From: an uncultured Anaerolineaceae bacterium
GTDB taxonomy: Bacteria > Chloroflexota > Anaerolineae > 4572-78
Reading direction: 5' to 3'
NCBI GenBank assembly: GCA_964413895.1
Contig: CAYPUV010000002.1
Coordinates: 1 to 58,340 of the forward strand
Length of the DNA: 58,340 nt
The number at the start of each line of letters is the position of its first letter. The first letter of the stretch is position 1. Shown here piece after piece: positions 40,825 to 50,587 of this stretch. A program made the translations under genes and the position numbers. The notes beneath the pieces are model-generated. The model did no database searches, had not been told where the DNA came from, and saw only the letters and a program-made list of their open reading frames with translations.

Positions 40825-43704
40825 ATGACTGTAAAACTAACCATAGACAATCAATTGGTTAAAGCGCAAGAAGGTCAATCGGTGCTCAACGTGGCGCTGG
40901 AATATGGCATTGACATTCCCCACTTGTGCAATCACAAAGATTTGCTTCCCACCGGCAGTTGCCGGATGTGTTTGGTAGAGATAGATGGACAGCCAAAACC
41001 CGTCCATAGCTGTGGTACACAGGTTCAAGATGGAATGGTCATTCATACCAAAACTGAGCAGGTAGAAATGCTGCGCCGCGAAGTGCTGGATTTATTCCTG
41101 TCCGACCATCCCCTGAATTGCGTTACCTGTGACAAAAATGGTAGTTGTGACCTGCAAAAGTATGCTTATCAATATAATATGTCCGCCAGTAGCTTCCCCG
41201 TAGAACTGTCGCGCGCCGACAAATATTACGACGACAACCCCTTTTACGTGCGCAACTATCAATATTGTATTATGTGCGGCAAATGTGTGCGGGTGTGCGA
41301 TGAGGTTGTCGGCGCGGATGCCATTCACTTCAGCGAGCGAGGATTTGAAACAGTCATCTCAACCCCCTTCAACATGCCAATGGCCGATTCATCGTGCGTG
41401 TTCTGCGGAAACTGTGTGCAGATTTGTCCCACCGCCGCGTTGCTGCCGCGCTCTAAAATTGGCAAAGGGCGCGAGTGGGAATTTGACCGCACCCGCACTA
41501 TCTGCGGATATTGCGGCGTGGGGTGTACGATGGAATTCGCTACCAAAAACAATAAAATTATATATGCCCAGGGTGTGCCTGATGGCCCCGTGAATGATGA
41601 ATTCCTGTGTGTGAAAGGTCGCTTTGGATGGGATTTTGTGGACAACCCTGACCGGCTCACCCAACCGCTTATTCGCAAAGACCTGGCGTATGAGCTGGGC
41701 CTCACCACCGAACCCTGGAAGTTGCCGGAAACATCGGTGCTAGATGGCAACCCCAGTTTCGATTGGTTTGTACCTGTCGCATGGGAGCAGGCCATTGATG
41801 TGACCGCCACCAAATTGGCACAGGTCATCCGTGAAAGCGGCGGCGATGCAGTACATGGGTTGACCTCGGCGCGGTGTACCAATGAGGAAAATTATCTCTT
41901 CCAGAAATTCATGCGCGCGGGGGTTGGAACAAACAATGTTGACCATTGCGCCCGGTTGTGACACAGCACCACCGTCGCCGGTCTGGCGACAAGCTTCGGC
42001 AGCGGCGCGATGACCAACGCTATTCGGGAAATCCGCGACGCAGATTGTATTTTGATTACCGGCTCCAACACAGGTGAGTCGCACCCTGTACTCAGCTACG
42101 AGGTTATTCGGGCAGTGAAAAAAGGCGCCAGCCTGATTGTCATTGATCCCAGAAAAATTTCAATGACCAACCACGCCACATTGCACCTGCAACCCAAACC
42201 GGGGCAGGACATTTATCTTTTTATGGCGATGGCGCACGTCATTATCAGAGAGGGCTGGGCAAATTGGGATTTTATTGAAGCCCGCACGGAGAATTTTGAA
42301 GCGTTTAAACAAAGTGTACTGCAGATGACGCCGGAGGTGGCCGCACTGGAAACGGGTGTTCCCGCCACAATGATTGAACGAGCCGCACGATTGTACGCGT
42401 GGGGCGAACGACAATCCGGGCGTTCCATTTTCGCCGCAAGCAATGGACACGGCGAATTTCGCGGGCATGCCACTATTTTGTATGCCATGGGCATTACCCA
42501 GCGCAGCAACGGCACCGATATGGTGCACATGCTGGCGAGCCTTGCGATGTTGTGTGGGCAAATTGGAAAACCTTCTACCGGAGTGAACCCCCTGCGCGGA
42601 CAATCGAATGTGCAGGGCGCGTGTGATCTCGGCGGGTTGCCCAATGTGTTGCCCGGCTATCAGAAAGTTTTTGATGATGAAAAACGGCAGGCAGTGGCAA
42701 AAGCATGGGGGCTGGAGGACCTGCCCGCCAAAGTGGGCTACACGGTGGTTGAGGCCTCACATGCAATGACCGCAGGGAAGGTGCGAGCATTATACGTGAT
42801 GGGTGAAAACCCGCTGTTGTCTGACCCGAATTTGAGCCATGTGGAACACGCCTTCCGCACGCTGGACTTTTTGGTAGTGCAGGATATTTTCTTGACCGAA
42901 ACGGCGCAACTGGCGCACGTGATCTTCCCCGCCGCCGCTTCGCTGGAGAAGGAGGGCACCATTACCAATAGTGAACGACGGGTGCAATTGTTGCAGCAGG
43001 TCGTTACCCCACCCGGCAAAGCCAAACCCGATTGGCAAATTACGGCTGCTCTGGCCAAAGCGGTGGATGAAAAATTGGGGCGCCAACGGGCACAGCAGGG
43101 CTACTGGGATTACGCCTCTCCGGCTGAAATTATGGAAGAAGCGCGGCAGGTGACGCCCATTTACGGTGGCATTTCGCACCAACGGTTGCAAACAGAGCAA
43201 CTGGTGTGGCCCTGCCCCACCGAAGACCATCCCGGTACCCCCATTTTGCACGTGGGCAAGTTCTCGCGGGGAAGGGGAAAATTCTTCCCAGCGACGGCAA
43301 ATTTGCCATACGAACAGCCAGACGAAGAATATCCGCTAGTACTCACTACCGGGCGCGTGCTGTATCACTATCACACCGGCACCATGACCCGCCGTAGCGA
43401 GGGGTTGGATTGGCGCGTGCCCACCGGTTACGTGGAAGTGCATCGGGATGATGCGGCAGCACTTGGTCTGAAAGACGGTGAGGAAGTGAAGATCATCAGT
43501 CGGCGCGGAGAAGTGGTTACCCGAGCGAAGGTTGGTGACCGGGTGTCGCCGGGAGTAGTGTTCCTGTCGTTCCACTGGCGGGAATCACCGGCGAACAAGT
43601 TGACCCACGATGAAAAGCTCGATCCTATTGCAAAGATTCCCGAATACAAAGCCAATGCTGTGCGCCTGGAAAAAGTGACGGTTAAACAGAAGACAAAAGT
43701 ATAA
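40825..43704 (+). CDS. fdhA: Formate dehydrogenase alpha subunit (Mo/W-bis-PGD), with predicted selenocysteine at the in-frame TGA 41959-41961
   Basis: ORFs 40777..41961 and 42010..43704 are in the same frame, and 41962-42009 has no stop. ATG at 40825 follows GAGGAG. The N-terminus has [2Fe-2S] and [4Fe-4S] motifs (CRMCLVEIDG, CIMCGKCVRVC, CVFCGNCVQICP, CGYCGVGC). The junction reads VDHCARL-U-HSTTVAGL. MopB and the C-terminal molybdopterin-binding domains follow. Confidence 0.85.
41959..41990 (+). promoter_or_regulatory. UGA(Sec) codon plus SECIS-like hairpin
   Basis: TGA at 41959-41961. After a 12-nt spacer comes stem GTCGCC (41974-41979), loop GGTCT, stem GGCGAC (41985-41990). The spacing and the GGUC-containing loop resemble the E. 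coli fdhF SECIS. Confidence 0.7.
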
Positions 43705-43788
43705 TTGGTGGTAGTTCAATTGTAAGCGATGACATCTTGTCATGTCATTGAGCAACAATACAATTTTCGCCAAACTCCAATAATTAAT

Positions 43789-43820
43789 AAAAAATGGCTA
43801 CCATAGTGGGTAGCCATTTT
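43789..43820. terminator. Bidirectional rho-independent terminator downstream of fdhA
   Basis: Stem ATGGCTACC (43794-43802), loop ATAGTG, stem GGTAGCCAT (43809-43817). It is flanked by AAAAA upstream and TTT downstream. Confidence 0.7.
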
Positions 43821-43860
43821 GGTGGTGGTTCAATTTGACTGATGGAAATCATTTGATTAT

Positions 43861-43889
43861 GTAGTGACAGAGCAATGCTCTGTCCCTAC
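43861..43889. repeat. Family C hairpin, second copy
   Basis: GTAGTGACAGAGCAATGCTCTGTCCCTAC has the stem GACAGAGC/GCTCTGTC. It makes the spurious ORF 43875.. start with MLCPY, the same N-terminus as spurious ORF 36326.. at the other copy. Confidence 0.75.
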
Positions 43890-43988
43890 GCAAAACGAAT
43901 GCGGGTATTTACCCACCATTCTTCAGATGTGTATTTGTTTCATCAGTCAAAAATAGCCACTACCGCCATTTTTAAATCAGAGCGCCGT

Positions 43989-44351
43989 TCACGAAGTGTG
44001 GTTCTGGATCAGGTGGGCTACAGCATCCAATTTTTGCTCAATATTTGCTTTAGCGCTTTCAAAGCGGCATATCAACTCAGCATCTGATCCTTTGAAACTG
44101 ACAACGGTCTGTTTAGCACAGGCAAGGCACCCTCGCTGGGCGCGGTAGCTATCCATTTCGCAGGTCAAACAACTGTTCAGTTCTATCATCATCAGCGAAA
44201 ACGCCAGCACATCGGGGGATGTTTCAGGCAGGGCACACAATCGTTCAATTAAGGCTTGCCACGTTTCGCCGCGTTCCGTTTTAAGAAACGGGATCAAACG
44301 CGGCGTAAACAGCAAGTCATATTTGCTGTAGGTTTGGGGCACCCTGTTCAT
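43989..44351 (-). CDS. Small Cys-rich hypothetical protein (CxxC...CxxC)
   Basis: ORF 43989..44423. The start is uncertain: ATG at 44351 (MNRVPQ), ATG at 44396, or TTG at 44423. It contains NSCLTCEMDSYRAQRGCLACAKQ. Confidence 0.5.
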   Translation of the reverse strand: MNRVPQTYSKYDLLFTPRLIPFLKTERGETWQALIERLCALPETSPDVLAFSLMMIELNSCLTCEMDSYRAQRGCLACAKQTVVSFKGSDAELICRFESAKANIEQKLDAVAHLIQNHTS

Positions 44352-44431
44352 ATCGTCCTCGTCGGATAAACTTAAGCGGGAAACAATTGTCACCATTATA
44401 ACTAGCGACAGAGATGGTGTCAACAGTTATT

Positions 44432-46174
44432 TTAGCCTTTCAATCGCTGACCCTTTTCCTCGGTATTGAAAATCCAACCGGCCATCTCGCCAATGTTTAT
44501 TTCCGGCTCAAGCATCCAGGTGTCTGGAGCCGTCATAATGCGTCCGAATTGTGAGCTGGCATCTTGCAAGGGATCAGGCAGCACGTTTATTTCATCAATA
44601 ATGCGGCGCATCCGCTCTTGCCAGCGCGCCATATTTTTCTCTCGTAAATCGATCCATTCCGTTTCGGCCCAACGTTCAATGGTTGCGGGCGTTACCGTCC
44701 AGCGCGTGCGCTCCCAACGATGTTCACCCTTGCCACGATTAACACACAACAATGTTCGGCCATCTGGCATCAGTACGGGTATGCCAATAGAAATGGCCTG
44801 CTGGCGAATACGACTATTTGTTGCCAGCAAGTCGGTCACTTCTTGCATCAGTTGCTCTCTGTTCACGTTGGCCACCGCCTCCATTGTTTGATAAAGCTGT
44901 TTGAGGATATATGCCTCAAACAGCAGTTTTGATAGCTTGGGCGGCCCTAAAATTTCAAAGGCAACTGAAGTAACTTGATGTTGTTGTTCAAGGTGCTTGG
45001 CGTAAGCAATAGCCCGATGGCGCAAGAACCCGGCGCGATAGCTCGGCCCCAGCACGGCGCTGTCGAGAGCGCTGACAACATCCTTGCCGGTGTTCAGCCC
45101 GCGCAGCTCGCTCACCACATTGAAAGCAATATCTTCCGGCGTCACGGCTTCCATTTGGCCCAGGGTGGTGATCGCAGTGTATTCGTTAATAGAGAACAAA
45201 CCGTTTTCGCCTGTATCAATGAATACTGATTCCAGTACATCGTCCCCGGTAGGGGCAACGGGATGCTCGTTCAGGTCAAACGCTGCACCATCAATGAGTT
45301 TGACCCCTTTGTCTGGTGGACAATCGCGCAAAGGGATGACCCGGCCACGCTTTTTAATAGGGCCATAACCAATGTTTTTCCAGGTAATTGCAGCGGTTGG
45401 TTTTATTTCTTTTACGGCGGGGCCACCGGGCGTGCGTGCCATCAAAAAAAGCAGCGAGGTGTGCGCACCGGCAATGGCGGCTTTAGACAACAGTACGCGG
45501 GATGGTTTTTCTTCGCCGTGGGTGTAGGGGATGTTCAGCCCCATACCGCCTGTGCCGCTGGTGCCTATTTTAAGGTATGCCTCAGTTCCGGCCTGGCGCA
45601 TGGCGGCATCTAAAACCTGAATGTGGCGCACCAATTGTGGAATGTACAGGCTAATGAGCAATCGCTCTACTACAGCACGCTCATTTTCTTGCCAAACAAT
45701 CTCAGCCTTTTCATAAAGATCGTGCACTTCTGCCGCTGAGTGGTAAATGTCTTGATAGGCCAGCGCGGTGGCAGAATTCACCGCGTCGATAACAAGATGG
45801 GGTTTGAGACCGGGGTACTCTGGCGTGGTTCCCATAATCAATTGTGCCAGATATGAGGCTTCCACAAGTTCTGGTGTGTAACTGTCTAGCACGTCTCTGT
45901 AAAGCTGGCTGCGGTACTGGGGGGACGCCAGAATTTCGGCGCGGGGCACGTCTTTCAATGCGGCACGGACAAAAATGTTTCCCCACCGAGGAATTAGTTT
46001 GGTGGGGGTATCGGGAAACTCTCGTCGCAGCGAGTCAACAGCCTGTTTCGCTTCTGACTCCAGTAAAGAAGTGATAATTAGGGTGTGTGGTGAATGGTGC
46101 AACAGTTCACGACAAATGGCGTGCCCTACCATACCATATCCCCCAATGATTAAAATAACCTTGTTTTTCAACAT
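44432..46174 (-). CDS. Uncharacterised 580-aa protein with an N-terminal Rossmann NAD(P)-binding fold
   Basis: ORF 44432..46252 trimmed to MLKNKVILIIGGYGMVGHAI (ATG at 46174, preceded by GAGGAG). It has a conserved-looking segment IGTSGTGGMGLNIPYTHGE. I recognise no family beyond the dinucleotide-binding motif. Confidence 0.7.
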   Translation of the reverse strand: MLKNKVILIIGGYGMVGHAICRELLHHSPHTLIITSLLESEAKQAVDSLRREFPDTPTKLIPRWGNIFVRAALKDVPRAEILASPQYRSQLYRDVLDSYTPELVEASYLAQLIMGTTPEYPGLKPHLVIDAVNSATALAYQDIYHSAAEVHDLYEKAEIVWQENERAVVERLLISLYIPQLVRHIQVLDAAMRQAGTEAYLKIGTSGTGGMGLNIPYTHGEEKPSRVLLSKAAIAGAHTSLLFLMARTPGGPAVKEIKPTAAITWKNIGYGPIKKRGRVIPLRDCPPDKGVKLIDGAAFDLNEHPVAPTGDDVLESVFIDTGENGLFSINEYTAITTLGQMEAVTPEDIAFNVVSELRGLNTGKDVVSALDSAVLGPSYRAGFLRHRAIAYAKHLEQQHQVTSVAFEILGPPKLSKLLFEAYILKQLYQTMEAVANVNREQLMQEVTDLLATNSRIRQQAISIGIPVLMPDGRTLLCVNRGKGEHRWERTRWTVTPATIERWAETEWIDLREKNMARWQERMRRIIDEINVLPDPLQDASSQFGRIMTAPDTWMLEPEINIGEMAGWIFNTEEKGQRLKG

Positions 46175-46285
46175 TGTGCGCTCTCCTCGTTGAGAATTTT
46201 TATGATTTCTGGTTAAAAGTTTTGATTTTTGGTTGCAACAGTGCCAGGGCAATTCATTCCCCGACGCATGCTCACCTGAAAAACA

Positions 46286-47422
46286 TCATCCGCAAAGTGA
46301 ACGGTAGACTTCGACGGTGTGCTGAGCAATGGCTGCATGAGTGTACTTTTCGATGACACGCTGCCTACCCGCCGCCCGCAGCGACTCGCGCAAAGCTACA
46401 TCATCAATTAAACGCTGTAGCTGCGCCCGCAGATCATCAACGTCGCCCTCATCAAACAACAGCCCTGCGCTACCGATCACTTCAGGAATAGCTCCAGAGC
46501 GTGCGCCCACGGCCACAACCTCGCAGGCCATCGCTTCGATGAGGACGCGCCCAAACTGTTCTTTCCAATTGGGGCGGCTGAGTGACGGTAAAACCAGCAC
46601 GTCCAGGCCGCTGAGATAGTTCGGCATATGCGTGGAAGGCAGTTGCTGGTCAAACGTGGCACGCGAAGAGATCCCCATCCACTGGGCCATTTTTTCAAAC
46701 CGCCGCCGATCGGGACCGCTCCCCAAAATCCTCATGTCCCAGGGGCCTTTCAGCCTGGCGGCAGCTTTGAGTAAAATTTCAATGCCTTTTTCCTCTACCA
46801 GGCGCCCCACGTAGCCAATGGTCAGGGAAGGTTGGCTTGGCCGGCGGGCGCTGCGCTGCAAAATAACGCTGGGTTTGCTCACCCGGCGAATCCGCTCCCG
46901 CCGGTAAAAGATTGTGGGGTCAACGCCAAATTGGGGGATTTGCCACATTGGGCCAGGATATCCTTTGGCTTGCCACACCGCTTGCGCTTCCGCATTGCCC
47001 ACCAATAGCGCGTCGGTGTGGTGCAGCACGTACCGCTCCATCCAATTGAAGGGGAGGGGGTAGCGACGGTTGAGGTTTTGCCAGGTGAATACCACAGTTT
47101 TGGCCCCAACTTTTTGCGCCAACCGCAAAGCGTGGAACGTGGCAAAATTATACGGTTCCTCATCAATGTGCACCACATCCGGGGCGGCTGCTGCCATAAT
47201 GCGCTTGAGCCTGGGATAGTAGTGCAAATGGAAGTTTCCGTTAAACGCAATGTCAGTGATGCTAAACGTGTAGCCCTCGGTGTGTGCTTTTTCCAGCGCT
47301 GTTTCTCCCCATGCAAAGGGAACAACAACCGTTAAATTAATGTCGCCGTGGCGAGCTATTTCCTCTAGTTTTTTCTGATAGGTTCCCACTACCAGCGCCT
47401 TTGAAACCATCAACACATTCAA
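46286..47422 (-). CDS. Glycosyltransferase family 4 (GT-B)
   Basis: The TTG start overlaps the upstream stop as TTGA (47422-47419). The N-terminus is MNVLMVSKALVVGTYQKKLEE. The C-terminal EX7E-type region reads VLPSLSRPNWKEQFGRVLIEAMACEVVAVGARSGAIPEV. Confidence 0.82.
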   Translation of the reverse strand: MNVLMVSKALVVGTYQKKLEEIARHGDINLTVVVPFAWGETALEKAHTEGYTFSITDIAFNGNFHLHYYPRLKRIMAAAAPDVVHIDEEPYNFATFHALRLAQKVGAKTVVFTWQNLNRRYPLPFNWMERYVLHHTDALLVGNAEAQAVWQAKGYPGPMWQIPQFGVDPTIFYRRERIRRVSKPSVILQRSARRPSQPSLTIGYVGRLVEEKGIEILLKAAARLKGPWDMRILGSGPDRRRFEKMAQWMGISSRATFDQQLPSTHMPNYLSGLDVLVLPSLSRPNWKEQFGRVLIEAMACEVVAVGARSGAIPEVIGSAGLLFDEGDVDDLRAQLQRLIDDVALRESLRAAGRQRVIEKYTHAAIAQHTVEVYRSLCG

Positions 47423-48558
47423 TAGAGCACGTCCTTGTAAGCCTGTAACGTTTGGAAGGCGGTTTTTTGCCAGCTAAATTGCAACGCCTGTTGATACCCT
47501 CGATTTGCCATATCGTTGTGCGTGTCTTCTTGCAGCGTCAGGGCAATGATGGGTGCGGCCATGTGGCGCGTATCATCCGGGTCAACTTGAAAAGCGTCGG
47601 CGCCGGTCAGTTCCGGCAGCGATGCGCTATTGGTGGTGACAACCGGCGTTCCACAGGCCATTGCTTCCAGCACCGGCAGGCCAAAACCTTCGTAGCGCGA
47701 AGGGTACACAAATACGCGCGCCGCGCTGTAGAGTAAAGGTTTGTCCGCTTCGTCAATCCAGCCGGGTGTAACAATATAATCTTCAATACCAAGCTTGCGC
47801 GCAATTTTCAGGGGGTCGGGGAAAAAGGGGGTGTCTTGTTGTGGCAAATTACCTGCCAGCACCAGTTTCAGTTCATCACCCAACCCGGCGGCGACAAATG
47901 TCCATGCGTGCAACAGCGTCCACACATTTTTACGCACATCGTAGCCCCCCATGTACAGGGCAAATGTTTCTGGCAGCTTATATTTTTGGGTGACTGTCTC
48001 GATTTGGTCCCATGTTGCAGCGGGTTCGTAATGCGGTGCAGGAGCCAAATAAACCGTGCGCACTTTTTCTGGGGCAAGGTGGAGGCGCGCTAGAATATCT
48101 TGCCGGCTGGCATTCGAATCGGCCAGCACCAGGTCGGCCTGCCCCGCCGCTGCACTGACCAGGCTGGTGTACAATCGCACCAACGGCCCTCCCCGATATT
48201 CCGGCAGCACCAGGGGAATCACATCGTGAATGGTGACAACGGTTGGCACATGGGTTACCAGCGATGAGCCAAAATACGGCACGTGAGCCACGTCAGCACC
48301 AAGTTGTTTTGCCACCCGCGGAAAGATAGCTTGCTCAAACTTCACCTTTCCCAGGTTGCCGGGCTTCAACGGGACGGCGTGAAGCTGTACTTGTGCAGGC
48401 CATTCCAGCGTAGAATCTTGCAACGCAAAACTGGGAACCGTCAGTATAATTTCAAGTTGGGGGTCTAATTTCGTCAACGCCAAAACCAGGTAGCGCAAAT
48501 ACTGCCCACTGCCGGTGTGTATTTTATTGTAAAACCAGGCGTTGATTGCAACTTTCAT
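47419..48558 (-). CDS. Glycosyltransferase family 4 (GT-B)
   Basis: Typical GT4 C-terminal region VYPSRYEGFGLPVLEAMACGTPVVTTNSASLPELTG. Confidence 0.85.
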   Translation of the reverse strand: MKVAINAWFYNKIHTGSGQYLRYLVLALTKLDPQLEIILTVPSFALQDSTLEWPAQVQLHAVPLKPGNLGKVKFEQAIFPRVAKQLGADVAHVPYFGSSLVTHVPTVVTIHDVIPLVLPEYRGGPLVRLYTSLVSAAAGQADLVLADSNASRQDILARLHLAPEKVRTVYLAPAPHYEPAATWDQIETVTQKYKLPETFALYMGGYDVRKNVWTLLHAWTFVAAGLGDELKLVLAGNLPQQDTPFFPDPLKIARKLGIEDYIVTPGWIDEADKPLLYSAARVFVYPSRYEGFGLPVLEAMACGTPVVTTNSASLPELTGADAFQVDPDDTRHMAAPIIALTLQEDTHNDMANRGYQQALQFSWQKTAFQTLQAYKDVLY

Positions 48559-48587
48559 TTCAATTTAATGTAGTACTGCGTCAAACG

Positions 48588-48629
48588 TGTTCGCCTCTAC
48601 AAAAGCCATCATTCAACGCTTGACGCTGT
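48588..48629. repeat. Degenerate family C right arm plus a D-motif copy
   Basis: TGTTCGCCTCTAC resembles TGCTCTGCCCCCTAC. It is followed by CCATCATTCAACGCTTGACGCTGT (48606-48629). Compare 36327-36365. Confidence 0.55.
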
Positions 48630-48706
48630 AGTAGCTGTTCAGGCCGTATGGGTTTAACAGAAAAACGATGTTGGGGGAAAGGGCGAGTCGTTGCCATTTT
48701 TAATTG

Positions 48707-49684
48707 TTAACTGTCATATCCGTCAGGATGCGTTTGATGCCACCGCCAGGCACTTTCGACAATGCTCCGCAGGTCGGGGTATTGCGGCTCCCAGCCCAGC
48801 TCCTGCCGAATCTGCTCGCTATCGGCAATGAGCACGTCGGGGTCGCCGGGGCGCCGGGGGCCAATGTCAAGGGGAATGGGGTGTCCTGTGACCTCACGGG
48901 CCGTTTCAACCACTTCCATAATGCTGTAGCCTTTCCCATTGCCCAGATTGTAGGTGCGGCTTCCATTGTCAAGTGCGCGCAATGCCAAAATGTGCGCCTG
49001 CGCCAGGTCGGCAACGTGAATGTAGTCTCGAACACAGGTTCCGTCGGGCGTGTTGTAATCGTTGCCAAACACAATGAGCTTTTCGCGCTTGCCACGTGCC
49101 ACTTCCAGCACAATGGGGATCAGGTGCAATTCAGGGTGATGGTCTTCACCGCGTTCTGCGCTGGCTCCGGCAGCATTAAAATAGCGCAGGGCAGCATAGC
49201 GAAAATCAAATATTTTGTCCAGCCAGTAGAGGTATCGTTCAATGATGAATTTTGATTCGCCGTAGGGGCTACCGGGGACAATACGCTCTGTGGCAGCAAT
49301 GGGGATTTTCTCCGGGTCGTCAAACAGGTTGGCCGTGGACGAAAGAATAAATTTACGCACCCTATGCGTCACCGCCGATTGTAGCAAGTTCAGCGCATTG
49401 GCCACATTTTCACCCAGGTACAAAAACGGCTTCTCCATCGATTCGCCCACCAGGGTGTGCGCGGCAAAATGCATAATGGCGTCGATGGGGTAGGTGTCTA
49501 GCACCTCGTCAATGGCAGCCTTGTTTGCCAGATCGCCTTTAATAAAAATCGCATCAGGATGAACGGCTTCACGGTGTCCCTGATAAAGATTATCAAACAC
49601 CACCACCGATTCACCTTGCCCAACCAGTTGTTCCACAACAATACTGCCAATGTATCCGGCACCGCCGCTGACTAAAATATTCAA
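48707..49684 (-). CDS. galE: UDP-glucose 4-epimerase
   Basis: ORF 48707..49828 trimmed to the TTG at 49684, preceded by GGAGG, giving [14 protein letters not shown]. The catalytic motif is [12 protein letters not shown]. Confidence 0.88.
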   Translation of the reverse strand: MNILVSGGAGYIGSIVVEQLVGQGESVVVFDNLYQGHREAVHPDAIFIKGDLANKAAIDEVLDTYPIDAIMHFAAHTLVGESMEKPFLYLGENVANALNLLQSAVTHRVRKFILSSTANLFDDPEKIPIAATERIVPGSPYGESKFIIERYLYWLDKIFDFRYAALRYFNAAGASAERGEDHHPELHLIPIVLEVARGKREKLIVFGNDYNTPDGTCVRDYIHVADLAQAHILALRALDNGSRTYNLGNGKGYSIMEVVETAREVTGHPIPLDIGPRRPGDPDVLIADSEQIRQELGWEPQYPDLRSIVESAWRWHQTHPDGYDS

Positions 49685-49760
49685 AATGTGCCTCCGGTAT
49701 TTGTTTCGGGTTTCAAGTTTCGGGTTTTGTTTGTATTGTATATTCAAGATTCCAAAAGCC

Positions 49761-49790
49761 ATTATACCAAAAGGATGATTGCAAACGCAA
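49761..49790 (-). promoter_or_regulatory. Extended -10 promoter upstream of galE
   Basis: On the minus strand: -35 TTGCGT (49790-49785), 18-nt spacer, TGGTATAAT with the hexamer at 49766-49761. It lies about 77 nt upstream of the TTG start. Confidence 0.45.
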
Positions 49791-49824
49791 AGGGAAGCGC
49801 CCGTAATTCTTTCTTCCTCACGCT

Positions 49825-50499
49825 TCATTCTCCTTTTTTCAACTTAAACAGGCCAGGGCGGGGAGCAAACAGCGACTCCATTGACCGGGCGGCCAGGGTG
49901 AGCGATGTACCTGGTGCGCGGAGCCGGACACGAACAATGCGCTTGTGCTGCAGATCTAACCACACGGAGAGAGTTTGTCCGGCGGAATACTTGAAGGCAT
50001 ACTGTACAATAGGGTCGGCGCGTGTGGAGCCGCGTTGCTCCACCGACTGCGGGGTCTGTGCCAAAAAACGCCCCACCATGTCGAGGGCGTCGCTCACCGG
50101 CGAAAAGGGGCTGTCTGGCCCGGCGACAGTTACAGGCATGGCTTCTTCCAGCCGATTACTGTATGCTACTGCCACGCCGTCATTCACATAAACCTGTCCC
50201 ACCATTTGGGGGACAGGCGCTTCTAAAATTTCAAATCGCCGCTTTTGGGCATTTTCGGTCACCCATCCCTCAAACACAATTGGACCGGGCAGCGGCGCTT
50301 GCTTCCAATCCAATTCCCAGGTTCCGTGCCAGGGCTGTTCCCAGGCGATTTTTATGCGCGCCTGGGCGTCGGCGGGATCAACCGGGTGTGCATTGGCGCA
50401 GGACGCCACAAAGAATACACTCAATCCCAAAGCTAGTGTCTGCGCTATTCGTTTTACACCGAATTTGGCCGCTTTTAATGCCACAATCCAGACAATCAT
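49825..50499 (-). CDS. Hypothetical lipoprotein
   Basis: ORF 49825..50535. Start candidates are 50499, 50517 and 50535. A lipobox-like signal reads [14 protein letters not shown] recognise no catalytic motif. Confidence 0.6.
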   Translation of the reverse strand: MIVWIVALKAAKFGVKRIAQTLALGLSVFFVASCANAHPVDPADAQARIKIAWEQPWHGTWELDWKQAPLPGPIVFEGWVTENAQKRRFEILEAPVPQMVGQVYVNDGVAVAYSNRLEEAMPVTVAGPDSPFSPVSDALDMVGRFLAQTPQSVEQRGSTRADPIVQYAFKYSAGQTLSVWLDLQHKRIVRVRLRAPGTSLTLAARSMESLFAPRPGLFKLKKGE

Positions 50500-50587
50500 C
50501 CTTGCATTATAGTCCATTGGCCTGCCAGGCCGCAATCAAAATGGCGGCTCTTTGCCCATCAATAAACTTTCAGTACAATACTTGCTT

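Noticed and set aside
40777-42010. Treating 40777..41961 and 42010..43704 as two separate genes, or as a disrupted pseudogene.
   Set aside because: They share a frame with no intervening stop. The break is a single TGA at the canonical Cys/Sec position and is followed by a SECIS-like hairpin. The 42010 Met has no RBS, and the 40777 start lies inside the upstream gene.
49700-49735. Short direct repeat GTTTCGGGTTT..GTTTCGGGTTT upstream of galE, and the shared GGTTTCAAGTTT with 54743-54754, as a regulatory motif.
   Set aside because: There are only two short, low-complexity occurrences at different distances from their genes, which is too little to separate from chance.
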